This document shows, piece by piece, positions 24,007-33,290 of a stretch of DNA of 36,775 nucleotides. The stretch lies in assembly GCA_026415775.1 (NCBI GenBank), contig JAOAGL010000001.1:72282-109056 (forward strand), in the 5' to 3' direction. The DNA comes from Patescibacteria group bacterium. Its GTDB lineage: Bacteria > Patescibacteriota > Minisyncoccia > UBA6257 > JAAZHW01. Below the pieces are notes generated by a model. That model worked only from the letters and a program-made list of their open reading frames with translations, was not told where the DNA came from and did no database searches. The position numbers were made by a program, and so were the translations under genes. Within the stretch, counting starts at the first letter, position 1. Each line of letters opens with the position of its first letter.

Positions 24007-24118
24007 ATTTAGATACTTTTGTTTTTTGTAATTTGTATTTTTGTAAATAACGGAAGGTTGATGGTGTTCGATAGGCTAATTTTCCCTTTTTAGCTCGGCG
24101 TGAAGAATAATTTTTCAT
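24005..24118 (-). CDS. possible 37-aa highly basic small protein (not in ORF track)
   Basis: MKNYSSRRAKKGKLAYRTPSTFRYLQKYKLQKTKVSK. The ATG lies 1 nt after the upstream stop (TAAtATG), and the ORF ends inside the terminator palindrome. Confidence 0.3.
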   Translation of the reverse strand: MKNYSSRRAKKGKLAYRTPSTFRYLQKYKLQKTKVSK

Positions 24119-24119
24119 A

Positions 24120-24662
24120 TTACAAATTTATTTTTTCCGCCCATTTATATAAAATAGGAATGCGCCAATATCTTCCCAAAAGAGTTTGAAAAAAAGAATT
24201 AAGAGTAATTGCCAAAACCAATAAACCATAAAGCATATTAATAATGGGAATAAAATAAAAAATAGAAGTAACAAGTTGAAGGGCAAACCAAACTAGTCCT
24301 TGTTTAGCATGTTTCTGGCAAAATTGACTGTCACGTTTTAAAAATAGAGGAATAAGGAAAAGAAAAGATAAATAAGAAAAAACGGCCACATATTTATTTT
24401 GTTTTATATCTTCTTCTGATAATTTCTCGTTTTCTAATTGTAAATTATTTTTCTGTAAAAAAGCATCCAAATTATTTTTTTCTTCAAAGATTTCTTCAGA
24501 ATAATTATTAGTGGTTGATTCATTAATTTTTTTTGATAGATTTTCTTTTTCTTGATGTTGTGATAATGTGTCTATTGTAATTTTTAATTCGTCGGTTGAT
24601 AAATTATTTTTTGATGTTCTTGATGTTTTTTTGTTGGATGTTGATGATTTTTTTCTCGGCAT
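24120..24662 (-). CDS. DUF4870-family membrane protein with long low-complexity N-terminus
   Basis: Start reset to MPRKKSSTSNKK. FSYLSFLFLIPLF...FCQKHAKQGLVWFALQL matches the 13785..14117 paralog. Confidence 0.65.
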   Translation of the reverse strand: MPRKKSSTSNKKTSRTSKNNLSTDELKITIDTLSQHQEKENLSKKINESTTNNYSEEIFEEKNNLDAFLQKNNLQLENEKLSEEDIKQNKYVAVFSYLSFLFLIPLFLKRDSQFCQKHAKQGLVWFALQLVTSIFYFIPIINMLYGLLVLAITLNSFFQTLLGRYWRIPILYKWAEKINL

Positions 24663-24753
24663 ATCTTTTCTTAATAAGCGACAATCACTATTATAAAAAA
24701 TTTTTTCGAAAAATAAAATTGAATTTTTTAAAAATGTTTCTATACTTTTAATT

Positions 24754-25470
24754 ATGGCTGGACATTCAAAGTGGGCGCAAATAAAACATAAGAAGGCGGC
24801 AACGGATGCAAAAAAAAGTAAAATTTTTTCTAAATTAGCTGCCGCAATCACTGTTGCTGCCAGAGAAGGAGGAGGGGATCCGGATAAAAATCCGAAACTT
24901 CGCCTTGCTATTGAAAAGGCACGTTCATTTAATATGCCCTCGGATAATATTGAACGCGCCATTAAAAGAGGCACTGGCGCATTAGAAGGAGCACAATTAG
25001 AAGAATTATTACTTGAAGCTTATGGGCCAAATGGTCATGCGCTTTTAATCTCTGCTATCACTGATAATCGTAACCGTACTTTAGCAGAAATAAAGCATAT
25101 TCTTAATAAATATGATGGTAAATTAGGAACAGAAGGGAGTGTGCGATGGATGTTTGATTTGAAAGGAAAAATTATTCTAGAAACACCGAAGCTGACAGAA
25201 GAAGAGGAATTAAAATTGATTGATTGGGGCGTTGAGGATATTCAACAAGAAGATGATAATATTATTGTTTATACTCAACCTGATAATCTTTATAATCTTC
25301 AACAACAAATTAAAAATAATGGATTTCGCATTTTAGAGGCATCATTGGATTTTATTCCAAAAAATATTGAAACAATTTCCGACGAAGAAAAAAATATTTA
25401 TGAAAAATTATTTGATGAATTAGATGAACAAGCAGAAGTCAAAGATATTTATTCAACCATCGAATTTTAA
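24754..25470 (+). CDS. yebC: YebC/PmpR family DNA-binding regulator
   Basis: MAGHSKWAQIKHKKAATDAKKSKIFSKL... is the canonical N-terminus. Confidence 0.9.
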   Translation: MAGHSKWAQIKHKKAATDAKKSKIFSKLAAAITVAAREGGGDPDKNPKLRLAIEKARSFNMPSDNIERAIKRGTGALEGAQLEELLLEAYGPNGHALLISAITDNRNRTLAEIKHILNKYDGKLGTEGSVRWMFDLKGKIILETPKLTEEEELKLIDWGVEDIQQEDDNIIVYTQPDNLYNLQQQIKNNGFRILEASLDFIPKNIETISDEEKNIYEKLFDELDEQAEVKDIYSTIEF

Positions 25471-25483
25471 TAAAAATATTTTT

Positions 25484-25972
25484 ATGAAAATTCTGGGTTT
25501 TGATCCGGGAACAAAAAGATTAGGATATGGAATTATTGAAATTAAAAATAATCAATTAAAAGTTATTGATGCTGATTGTTTTGAACCAAAAAATAGAACG
25601 GAAGAAAAAATTTTAGAAGAAATTTTTCAAAAAGTAGATTCATTAATCAAAAAATATAAACCTGATTTTATTTCTATTGAAAAAATTTTCTTTTTTCAAA
25701 ATCAAAAAACCGCTTTTCAAATTAGTGAAGTAAGAGGTGTTTTACTTTTAGCTGCCGCTCAACATCAAATTCCGATTATTCAACCAACTCCACTAGAAAT
25801 TAAAACTTGTTTAACTGGTTATGGCAGGGCAGAAAAAAATAACGTGGCTTTAATGGTTAAAAAAATTCTTAAATTAGAAAAAATGCCGCGCTTAGACGAT
25901 ACAACAGACGCTTTAGCTTGCTCTATCACTGCTTATTATTTTTTGAAAAATAATTTCAAAATTAAGAAATAA
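25484..25972 (+). CDS. ruvC: crossover junction endodeoxyribonuclease RuvC
   Basis: MKILGFDPGTKRLGYGII, EKIFFFQN, DDTTDALA. Internal ATG chosen as the start. Confidence 0.9.
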   Translation: MKILGFDPGTKRLGYGIIEIKNNQLKVIDADCFEPKNRTEEKILEEIFQKVDSLIKKYKPDFISIEKIFFFQNQKTAFQISEVRGVLLLAAAQHQIPIIQPTPLEIKTCLTGYGRAEKNNVALMVKKILKLEKMPRLDDTTDALACSITAYYFLKNNFKIKK

Positions 25973-25994
25973 TTTTTATACTCGTCAAAAAAGA

Positions 25995-26015
25995 GAAATC
26001 CACAGGAAATCCACA
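25995..26015 (+). promoter_or_regulatory. two tandem DnaA-box-like repeats upstream of dnaA
   Basis: GAAATCCACA at 25995..26004 and 26006..26015 (7 of 9 match to TTATCCACA). Confidence 0.35.
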
Positions 26016-26095
26016 TTTGCAAGGATATTAATTTGTTATTATTTTTTATAATAAATATTGAATAATTTATTATTTTTCGCATAATAGGTGTGAAT

Positions 26096-27466
26096 ATGGA
26101 TAATAAAGAGCTTTGGCAATTGGTTTTAGGGGAGTTAGAACTTCAAATTTCGAAGCCAAATTTTCAAACTTGGTTTAAAAATAGCGCTTTAACCGAGAAA
26201 GGTGATGATTATGTAGTAATTAGTCTAGAAAGTGTCTTCGCAAAAGAGTGGGTAGAGACCAAATATAACAAATTATTGCTTAAAATTATCCGAAATTTCG
26301 AGCCGGAAATCAAAGAAATTCGCTATCAAATCCAACCGACTACTAAACCAGCTGTTTTAATCACCAAAAAGAAGGTGGAGGCAACCATTGAAACCGAAAA
26401 TCTGAATTTAAATGACTTTTCTATTGATCCAAAAACTAATTTAAATTCAAAATATACATTTCAAAATTTTATTGTTGGTTCTAATAATGAATTGGCTTAC
26501 TCGGCCGCTATGGCTGTTATTCAAGAATTGGGGAAAAAATATAATCCGTTATTCATTTATGGTGGTGTTGGGTTGGGTAAAACTCATTTAATCCAAGCCG
26601 TTGGTAATGAATTAAAGAAAAATTATAAAAATAAAATTGGAATTAAATATGTTTCAACAGAAACTTTTGTTAATGAAGTAATTAATGGAATCAAAAATAA
26701 AAGAATGGAAGATGTAAAAAATAAATATCGCAAAGTTGATGTTTTAATTATTGATGATATTCAATTTATTGCTGGTAAAGAAAAAACACAAGAGGAATTT
26801 TTCCATACATTTAATACTTTATATGAAAATAATAAGCAAATTATTATTTCATCAGACAGATCGCCTTATTTACTCTCAACCCTAGAAGAACGATTAAGGT
26901 CTCGTTTTGAAGGAGGAATGGTAGCAGATATTTCTTATCCGGATTTTGAAACAAGAATGGCTATTTTAAAGCTTAAATTACAAACTCATCATTCTGAAAT
27001 CTTTCTTTCTGATGAAATTTTAGGGTTAATTGCTGAGAAATTCCCTTATAATATTCGCGAATTAGAAGGTGCTTTAACGCGTTTATTGGGTATTTTAAAA
27101 ATTAGAAAATTAAATCCTACTAAAGAAAATATAGAAAATCTATTAAATGAAATAACCAATCAAAGGGTAATGATGATTGCGCCTGAATTAATTATTAAAA
27201 CCGTAGGAGAATTTTATAATATTCCCGAAAAAGATTTAATTAGTCATTCTCGGAAAAAAGAATTAGTTAAACCACGTCAAATTATCATGTATTTATTAAG
27301 AGAATATTTAAAATATTCATTTCCAACAATCGCTCGAAAATTAGGAGGCCGCGACCATACCACAATAATGCATGCTTATAATAAAATCACTCAGGAATTA
27401 CTAAAAAATCATTTATTAACCCAAGAAATTAATTTAATAAAAGAAAAAATATATAATCGTCATTAA
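26096..27466 (+). CDS. dnaA: chromosomal replication initiator DnaA
   Basis: Walker A GGVGLGKTHL, IDDIQFI, DIRELEGAL, C-terminal HTTIMHA. ATG at 26096 follows AGGTG. Confidence 0.95.
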   Translation: MDNKELWQLVLGELELQISKPNFQTWFKNSALTEKGDDYVVISLESVFAKEWVETKYNKLLLKIIRNFEPEIKEIRYQIQPTTKPAVLITKKKVEATIETENLNLNDFSIDPKTNLNSKYTFQNFIVGSNNELAYSAAMAVIQELGKKYNPLFIYGGVGLGKTHLIQAVGNELKKNYKNKIGIKYVSTETFVNEVINGIKNKRMEDVKNKYRKVDVLIIDDIQFIAGKEKTQEEFFHTFNTLYENNKQIIISSDRSPYLLSTLEERLRSRFEGGMVADISYPDFETRMAILKLKLQTHHSEIFLSDEILGLIAEKFPYNIRELEGALTRLLGILKIRKLNPTKENIENLLNEITNQRVMMIAPELIIKTVGEFYNIPEKDLISHSRKKELVKPRQIIMYLLREYLKYSFPTIARKLGGRDHTTIMHAYNKITQELLKNHLLTQEINLIKEKIYNRH

Positions 27467-27475
27467 TTCAATTGG

Positions 27476-27527
27476 TTATCCAAATTTTTATTTCATTTAT
27501 ACAAAATTTATTCACAACTAATCCAAA
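27476..27527 (+). promoter_or_regulatory. DnaA-box-like 9-mers in the dnaA-dnaN spacer (candidate oriC part)
   Basis: TTATCCAAA (27476), TTATTCACA (27508) and TAATCCAAA (27519), all in one orientation, followed by a very AT-rich tract up to 27619. Confidence 0.4.
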
Positions 27528-27619
27528 ATTAAAAAATCAAAAAATCAGTTAAAAATCTCAAATTATTAGATAAATTATTTAAAAAAAGTCGCGCTCTATT
27601 ACAACAACAAATTTAAAAT

Positions 27620-28720
27620 ATGAAAATTATTGTTATAAAGGAAAATTTAAAAAAGTCTTTTTCTGATGTAGAAGGGGGAATTGGTAGTGGGGTAATGTTA
27701 CCCATACTAAAAAATGTTTTAATTACTACCGATGATGGAAGAATAAAAATTTGTTCTACTGATTTAGAAATTGCTATTACTAGCTGGATTAATGGAAAAA
27801 TTGTGGATGAAGGTGGGATAACAGTGCCGGCTAATATTTTAGGAATGGTTTTAAATAATATTTCTGAATCAAAAATTGAATTAGATTCCACAGATTCAAA
27901 ATTAAAAATAAAAACCGATAAATCAGAAAATATTATTCAAGGAATTAAAGATTCAGAATATCCTATTATTCCAACTATTAAATCCGATAATTATATCGAG
28001 ATAAAAAGTGATGTCTTAAAAAAATCTTTAAATCAAATAATTTCAGCTGCCGCCTCATCTGATAGAAGAATCGAATTAAATGGAATTTTGTTTTATTTAA
28101 ATAATGAATTAAAAATGGTAGCTACAGACACTTTTCGATTAGCGGAGAAAACCTTAAAAAATAATGAATTTCAAACAAATATTACCGAATTACGCGCTAT
28201 TATTCCATTAAAAGTTATCCAAGAATTTCTAAAAATTTGTAAAGAAGATAAAGTTGTTAAAATTTATTTCGACCCACACCAAGTAATGTTTGATTTAGAG
28301 GATGTTCAAATAATTTCTCGGTTAATAGAAGGTAATTTTCCTGATTATCAATCTATAATTCCTCAAGATTTTTTAACTACTGTATTGATTAATAAAGAAT
28401 TTTTATACAATGCCATTAAATTAGCTTCTGTTTTTTCATCAAAAATTAATAATGTAAATATTAAAATAAAATCACCTAATAAATTTATTGTTTATAATCA
28501 AGAATCAAGTATTGGTGAGACTAAATCAGAATTAGATGCTGAAATTAATGGTGAAAATCAGGAATTGATATTTAATTGGCATTATTTAATTGATGGATTA
28601 AAAAATATTGAGAGTGAAGAAGTGTTTTTAGGTTTTAACGGAGATATAAAACCATTATTTATTAAATCACCAACCGATAATAATTACTTTTATATTCTAA
28701 TGCCGATTAAAAATAATTAA
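27620..28720 (+). CDS. dnaN: DNA polymerase III beta sliding clamp
   Basis: Position after dnaA, 366 aa, VATDTFRLAE and RLIEGNFPDY motifs. Confidence 0.9.
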   Translation: MKIIVIKENLKKSFSDVEGGIGSGVMLPILKNVLITTDDGRIKICSTDLEIAITSWINGKIVDEGGITVPANILGMVLNNISESKIELDSTDSKLKIKTDKSENIIQGIKDSEYPIIPTIKSDNYIEIKSDVLKKSLNQIISAAASSDRRIELNGILFYLNNELKMVATDTFRLAEKTLKNNEFQTNITELRAIIPLKVIQEFLKICKEDKVVKIYFDPHQVMFDLEDVQIISRLIEGNFPDYQSIIPQDFLTTVLINKEFLYNAIKLASVFSSKINNVNIKIKSPNKFIVYNQESSIGETKSELDAEINGENQELIFNWHYLIDGLKNIESEEVFLGFNGDIKPLFIKSPTDNNYFYILMPIKNN

Positions 28721-28725
28721 TAATT

Positions 28726-29280
28726 ATGACACGCGAAGAAGCTTTTAATTTATTAAAAGAAAAAATTCAAGATATTAATATGGTAAAACATTCTTTGGCG
28801 GTTGAGGCTTGTTTGAGAGAATTAGCTATTTTTTTCAGTCAAAATCCGGATGAATGGGGATTAGCTGGTTTGCTTCATGATTATGATTATAAAGAAATGT
28901 TGCCATTTCCAGAAAAACACGGATTGGTAGCAGTGGAGGAATTAGAAAAATTAGGATTAAAAAATCAAGATATTTTGCACGCTATCAAAGCTCATAATGA
29001 AAAAAATAATACTCCGAGAGAATCTTTATTAGATAAAGCTATTCATTGTACGGATCCAATGACGGGTTTAATTGTGGCTGCTACCTTGGTTTTACCTTCA
29101 AAAAAAATCAATGATTTAAATGTTGAGATGATTTTAAATCGCTATAAAGAAAAAAGATTTGCCGCTGGCGCAAATCGAGAAATCATTAGCCGTTGTTCGG
29201 AATTAGGTTTATCATTAGAAAAATTTTCAGAGATTTGTTTGAAGGCGATGCAGAAAATTAGTGATGATTTAGGTTTATAA
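28726..29280 (+). CDS. HD/HDIG-domain phosphohydrolase
   Basis: HSLAVEA ... LLHDYDY metal-binding pattern. Confidence 0.75.
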   Translation: MTREEAFNLLKEKIQDINMVKHSLAVEACLRELAIFFSQNPDEWGLAGLLHDYDYKEMLPFPEKHGLVAVEELEKLGLKNQDILHAIKAHNEKNNTPRESLLDKAIHCTDPMTGLIVAATLVLPSKKINDLNVEMILNRYKEKRFAAGANREIISRCSELGLSLEKFSEICLKAMQKISDDLGL

Positions 29281-29283
29281 ATT

Positions 29284-31377
29284 TCAATGAATAATTTCTA
29301 AAATTTTTTGTTGTTGAATTTTCTTTTGAAGTAGTATATTTTTTTTCAGTTCTGGGTCGGATTTTAAAATTATTTCCGCCTCTTTTTTAGCAATTTGCAC
29401 TAAAGATAAATTTGTTAAAGCTCTCATTAAATTATCAGGCAAACCTGATTGGCGTGTACCTAGAAATTCCCCTGGTCCTCTTAATTCTAAATCTTTTTCG
29501 GCTAATTCAAAAGAATTTTTAGCTGTTAAGATAGCTTTTAATCTTTTTTGGGTATTTAAACTATTATTTTCTGTAAATAAAAAACAATAAGATTGATAAG
29601 GTCCACGACCTACTCGGCCTCGAAATTGATATAATTGAGCCAAACCAAATCTTTCAGCGCCTTCTATTAAAATAATAGAAGTATTAGGTACATCAATACC
29701 AACTTCCACTACAGAAGTAGAAACCAAAATATCATATTCTCTATTTAAAAATTTTTTCATAATTTCTTCCTTTTCTTTATTTTTTAATTTTCCATGTAAC
29801 ATAGCAATATTTAAATCCGGAAAGATATCTTTTTTTAATTTTTCATATTCTTGGGTGACGCTTTTAACCTCTAATTTTTCTGAATTATCAATTAAAGGAC
29901 AAATAATAAAAACTTGTCTACCTTCTTTAATTTTTTCTCTAATAAATTCATAAACTTTTTCTCTTTGATTTGGAGTAATAATTTTTGTAATGATTGGTTT
30001 TCTATTTTTTGGTAACTCTTTAATTATTGAAATATCCAAATCACCCCACAATGTTAAAGCTAAAGTGCGCGGTATGGGCGTAGCAGTCATTGATAATAAA
30101 TGAGGGATAAAATCGTTATGATTGGTTAAAAGTTTTTGTCTTTGTTCAACACCAAAACGATGTTGTTCATCAATAATCACCAGTCCCAATTTTTGAAATT
30201 TAATATTTTTTTGAATAAGGGCGTGAGTGCCAATAATGATATTTATTTCATTATTAATGCAATTTTGAATAAATGTTTTTTTATTTATATCAGAGACAAA
30301 ACCTTCCCAACTTAATCTGGTATTACTGCTTGTTATTAAACCTATACTAATATCAAAATTTTTGAAAAGATTATTAAAATTTTGAAAATGTTGATTGGCT
30401 AAAATTTCCGTAGGAGCCATAAAGGCAACCTGATAATTATTTTTAACTGTCATTAAAGAGGCAATAGCAGCGACGATTGTTTTGCCAGAGCCGACATCTC
30501 CCTGCAATAAGCGATTCATTGGTTTTCCTTTTTGAAAATCTTTTAAAATGTCTAAAACTGCATTTTTTTGATCTGCTGTTAATTGGAAATTTAATGATTG
30601 AGCAAATTCCTTGAGGATTTCTAAATTGGGTTTAATAGCAAATCCCTTGTATTGTTGTAATTTTGATTTTTGTTGTAAAATTATTAATTCTAGAATTAAT
30701 AAATCTTCGAATAAAAAACGCTTCTGAGCATTTTCTGCTTCTTTTAAATTTTTGGGGAAGTGTATTTGGTTTAGGGCTTTTTTTAAATCAGGAAAATTAT
30801 ATTTATTTTTTAAATAAGGGGGTAGCCAGTCAATTGGTATGCGAGTTTCCTTAAGACATTTTTTTATGAAAAATCTTATAGCACGAGATGTTAAACCTTC
30901 AGTTTCCGGATATACTGGAATTAACCCTCCTGTTTCTCTCCTTTCTTTATTATTCAAATCGTTAATTTTTTCATAATGTGATGGTAAAAAATAAGTGCCA
31001 TTTTTATCAATTATTAACTTGCCAGCAACACTAATAAACTCATTAATTCTCAAATTTTTTGTAAGAAATGGCTGATTAAACCAAAGAATTTTTACTACAC
31101 CGGATTCATCTTGAAGAATAGCTTCTGTTATGTACATTTTTTTGTGCCATGTCTTAAAAGTTTTTATATCTAAAATTTTCCCTTCAATAGTAACGATTTC
31201 ATTGGGAATTAATTGAGTGATATTTTTCACTATTGAAAAATCTTCATATCGGAAGGGAAAATAAAATAATAAATCTTTAATAGTTTCAATATTAATTTTT
31301 TTAAATTTTGTTAAATATTTTTTCCCTACACCAGACAATTTTTCAATAGGTGTTTGAAAATCATACATATATTTCAT
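29284..31377 (-). CDS. recG: ATP-dependent DNA helicase RecG
   Basis: Wedge/OB N-terminus, GDVGSGKT, DEQHRFG, SMTATPIPRT, QLRGRVGRG. Confidence 0.9.
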   Translation of the reverse strand: MKYMYDFQTPIEKLSGVGKKYLTKFKKINIETIKDLLFYFPFRYEDFSIVKNITQLIPNEIVTIEGKILDIKTFKTWHKKMYITEAILQDESGVVKILWFNQPFLTKNLRINEFISVAGKLIIDKNGTYFLPSHYEKINDLNNKERRETGGLIPVYPETEGLTSRAIRFFIKKCLKETRIPIDWLPPYLKNKYNFPDLKKALNQIHFPKNLKEAENAQKRFLFEDLLILELIILQQKSKLQQYKGFAIKPNLEILKEFAQSLNFQLTADQKNAVLDILKDFQKGKPMNRLLQGDVGSGKTIVAAIASLMTVKNNYQVAFMAPTEILANQHFQNFNNLFKNFDISIGLITSSNTRLSWEGFVSDINKKTFIQNCINNEINIIIGTHALIQKNIKFQKLGLVIIDEQHRFGVEQRQKLLTNHNDFIPHLLSMTATPIPRTLALTLWGDLDISIIKELPKNRKPIITKIITPNQREKVYEFIREKIKEGRQVFIICPLIDNSEKLEVKSVTQEYEKLKKDIFPDLNIAMLHGKLKNKEKEEIMKKFLNREYDILVSTSVVEVGIDVPNTSIILIEGAERFGLAQLYQFRGRVGRGPYQSYCFLFTENNSLNTQKRLKAILTAKNSFELAEKDLELRGPGEFLGTRQSGLPDNLMRALTNLSLVQIAKKEAEIILKSDPELKKNILLQKKIQQQKILEIIH

Positions 31378-31393
31378 TATAACCCAAAGTTTG

Positions 31394-31465
31394 TACCCCC
31401 ACGAGGAATTGAACCTCGATCTCAGCCTCCGCAGGGCTGCGCTCTATCCGTTGAGCTATGGGGGC
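31394..31465 (-). tRNA. tRNA-Arg (anticodon GCG)
   Basis: Cloverleaf: GCCCCCA/TGGGGGT acceptor (G1.U72), CAGCC/GGCTG anticodon stem, loop CTGCGGA, CGAGG-TTCAATT-CCTCG T arm. 72 nt, no CCA. Confidence 0.85.
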
Positions 31466-31477
31466 AGCAGTCTTAGC

Positions 31478-32083
31478 TTAAAAAATATTAGCAATTAAAT
31501 CAATTAGTGATGGTTTAATTTCTTTTTCTGGTAACAAATTTTTTAAAAACTCTTTAATTTTATCTGTTTTTTCTTTTTTAAATGGCACAAAAAGATTGGT
31601 ATTTAAAAATTTATTAGTTTTAAAAATAATAAAATTTTTATCAGCCGTTTCCATAATCCAAAAATAATTTAAATCATTATAAGAATAAAATGTTTCAGCC
31701 ACATACAATCCTTCCTCAGTTAAACGATAAATAGATTTTTGGGGTTTTAAGAAATATAAAACAAATAATACATCAGCTAAAAGAATGATAACGAAAAAAA
31801 TCCAATTACTTTGCAAGAAAGCAACAATAATGAAAACGAGAGATAAAATAAAAAAGATAATTGAAAGCCAAGAATTATAAGAATATTTTTCTTCAACCGT
31901 CCACCAAATTGGCTGAATTTTTTTATTTTTTGTTTTTTCTGTGGTGGGAGATTGTTTCTGCAGATTTTCTGTATTATTGTTTTTTGGCGGAACAATAACT
32001 GTTTTTTTATTAATTGTTCGTAAATCTAAAACAGTTTCCGGCTTTTTTTGATTATTAGCAATAGCGTCTAATTTTTTGGCCAT
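31478..32083 (-). CDS. hypothetical two-TM membrane protein
   Basis: Low-complexity N-terminus, TM hairpin (WLSIIFFILSLVFIIVAFLQSNWIFFVIILLADVLFVLYFL), soluble C-terminal domain. Confidence 0.5.
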   Translation of the reverse strand: MAKKLDAIANNQKKPETVLDLRTINKKTVIVPPKNNNTENLQKQSPTTEKTKNKKIQPIWWTVEEKYSYNSWLSIIFFILSLVFIIVAFLQSNWIFFVIILLADVLFVLYFLKPQKSIYRLTEEGLYVAETFYSYNDLNYFWIMETADKNFIIFKTNKFLNTNLFVPFKKEKTDKIKEFLKNLLPEKEIKPSLIDLIANIF

Positions 32084-32095
32084 TATATTTATATT

Positions 32096-33199
32096 TTAAT
32101 CCTTTTTTATTTGAAGATTAATGCGTTTTTCGTTGAAATTTATATTACTAATAATAAATTCACCTTCGTCATTGAGTTTTAGTTGTTGCTGCATTTTTTC
32201 AATACCTCCAAATTCGGAAGAGTGTATAAAACCAAATATATCCGAATCAATTTGGATTAATGCTCCAAAAGGTAAAAATTTATACACTTTCCCCTTAATT
32301 ATTTGTTGTGGTTGGTATTGTTTGAGTTTTTCAATTAAAGGATCTTGTTGTAATGCTTTTAGGGAAAGAATAATCTCTTTGTTTTTATTGATAGATGTAA
32401 TTTTAAATTGGTAAAAGGTGTTTGGTTTGAGTATTGTATCTAATTTATCAACTGGAGACCAAGATGCTTCATCAATGGGTAAAAACGCTTTAATTAGAGG
32501 ATGGTCTTTAAGGGAAATAATTGCTCCGCCACTAGTTATTTTATATAGACTTCCTTCAACCACATCACCCACTTTATATTTATTAATCAAATCCTTTATT
32601 TTATCTTCCTCTATTTTTTTCTCCGAGAAAATAATTTTACCATCAGCTGGGGTGAAATTTAGAATTTTTACTTTGATTTCCTTTCCCACTAATTGTTCAA
32701 GCGCTTCTAAAATTTTTTCTTTGTCACCGCCTTCCACTTTTGGAAAGTGGTCTTCAGACATTTGGGAAGTTGGCAAAAATCCTTGGATATCGTCAATTTT
32801 AATTATTAATCCCCCGCGATTGGCACCCATAACTTTTCCAATAAGAATCTCATCTTTATTAATCAATTCTTTTAGATTTTGATATTGTTCATGGGGTACG
32901 ACATCGTGCAACATCATTTCAATCATTCCGAATTCATTTTCTGGATGTAAAACTTGCGCTCGGACAATATCCCCCTCTTTTAGATTTTTAATAACATCAG
33001 CCGATTTTATAAATTCAGCGCCCCAAATTAAACCCGTGCCGTATTGATTTAAATCTAGATATAACGCTTTTGATGCTTTTTTGATAATTTTAGCTTCTAA
33101 AATTGTGCCGGGGTTTAACTTCGGCAAATTAGTTGCGTGGAGCCAAGAAGGCCGTCTCTTTATTGTAGAAGAATTTGGAGTGGAATTTTGATTCAACAT
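32096..33199 (-). CDS. S1 RNA-binding domain protein (ribosomal protein S1-like, about four S1 repeats)
   Basis: Repeated G.I..G.V......G..v.l....GfiH/LP pattern along 367 aa. Confidence 0.75.
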   Translation of the reverse strand: MLNQNSTPNSSTIKRRPSWLHATNLPKLNPGTILEAKIIKKASKALYLDLNQYGTGLIWGAEFIKSADVIKNLKEGDIVRAQVLHPENEFGMIEMMLHDVVPHEQYQNLKELINKDEILIGKVMGANRGGLIIKIDDIQGFLPTSQMSEDHFPKVEGGDKEKILEALEQLVGKEIKVKILNFTPADGKIIFSEKKIEEDKIKDLINKYKVGDVVEGSLYKITSGGAIISLKDHPLIKAFLPIDEASWSPVDKLDTILKPNTFYQFKITSINKNKEIILSLKALQQDPLIEKLKQYQPQQIIKGKVYKFLPFGALIQIDSDIFGFIHSSEFGGIEKMQQQLKLNDEGEFIISNINFNEKRINLQIKKD

Positions 33200-33290
33200 A
33201 GTGTAAATAGATTAGCAAATTTCTTTAAAAATGTCCAGAGTGTAGAGGCTAAGAGTTGAAAAAAACTTTTAAAAAATTAAAATAAAGAAT

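Noticed and set aside
24663-24974. N-terminal 104 codons of tracked ORF 24120..24974
   Set aside because: This part is antisense to the well-supported yebC gene and has odd composition. An internal ATG (MPRKK, 24662) gives a sensible DUF4870 protein.
32121-32882. Two long plus-strand ORFs (97 and 154 aa) opposite the S1-domain gene
   Set aside because: These are antisense shadow frames with S/I/L/F-rich low-complexity translations. The minus-strand S1 repeats are clearly the real coding frame.
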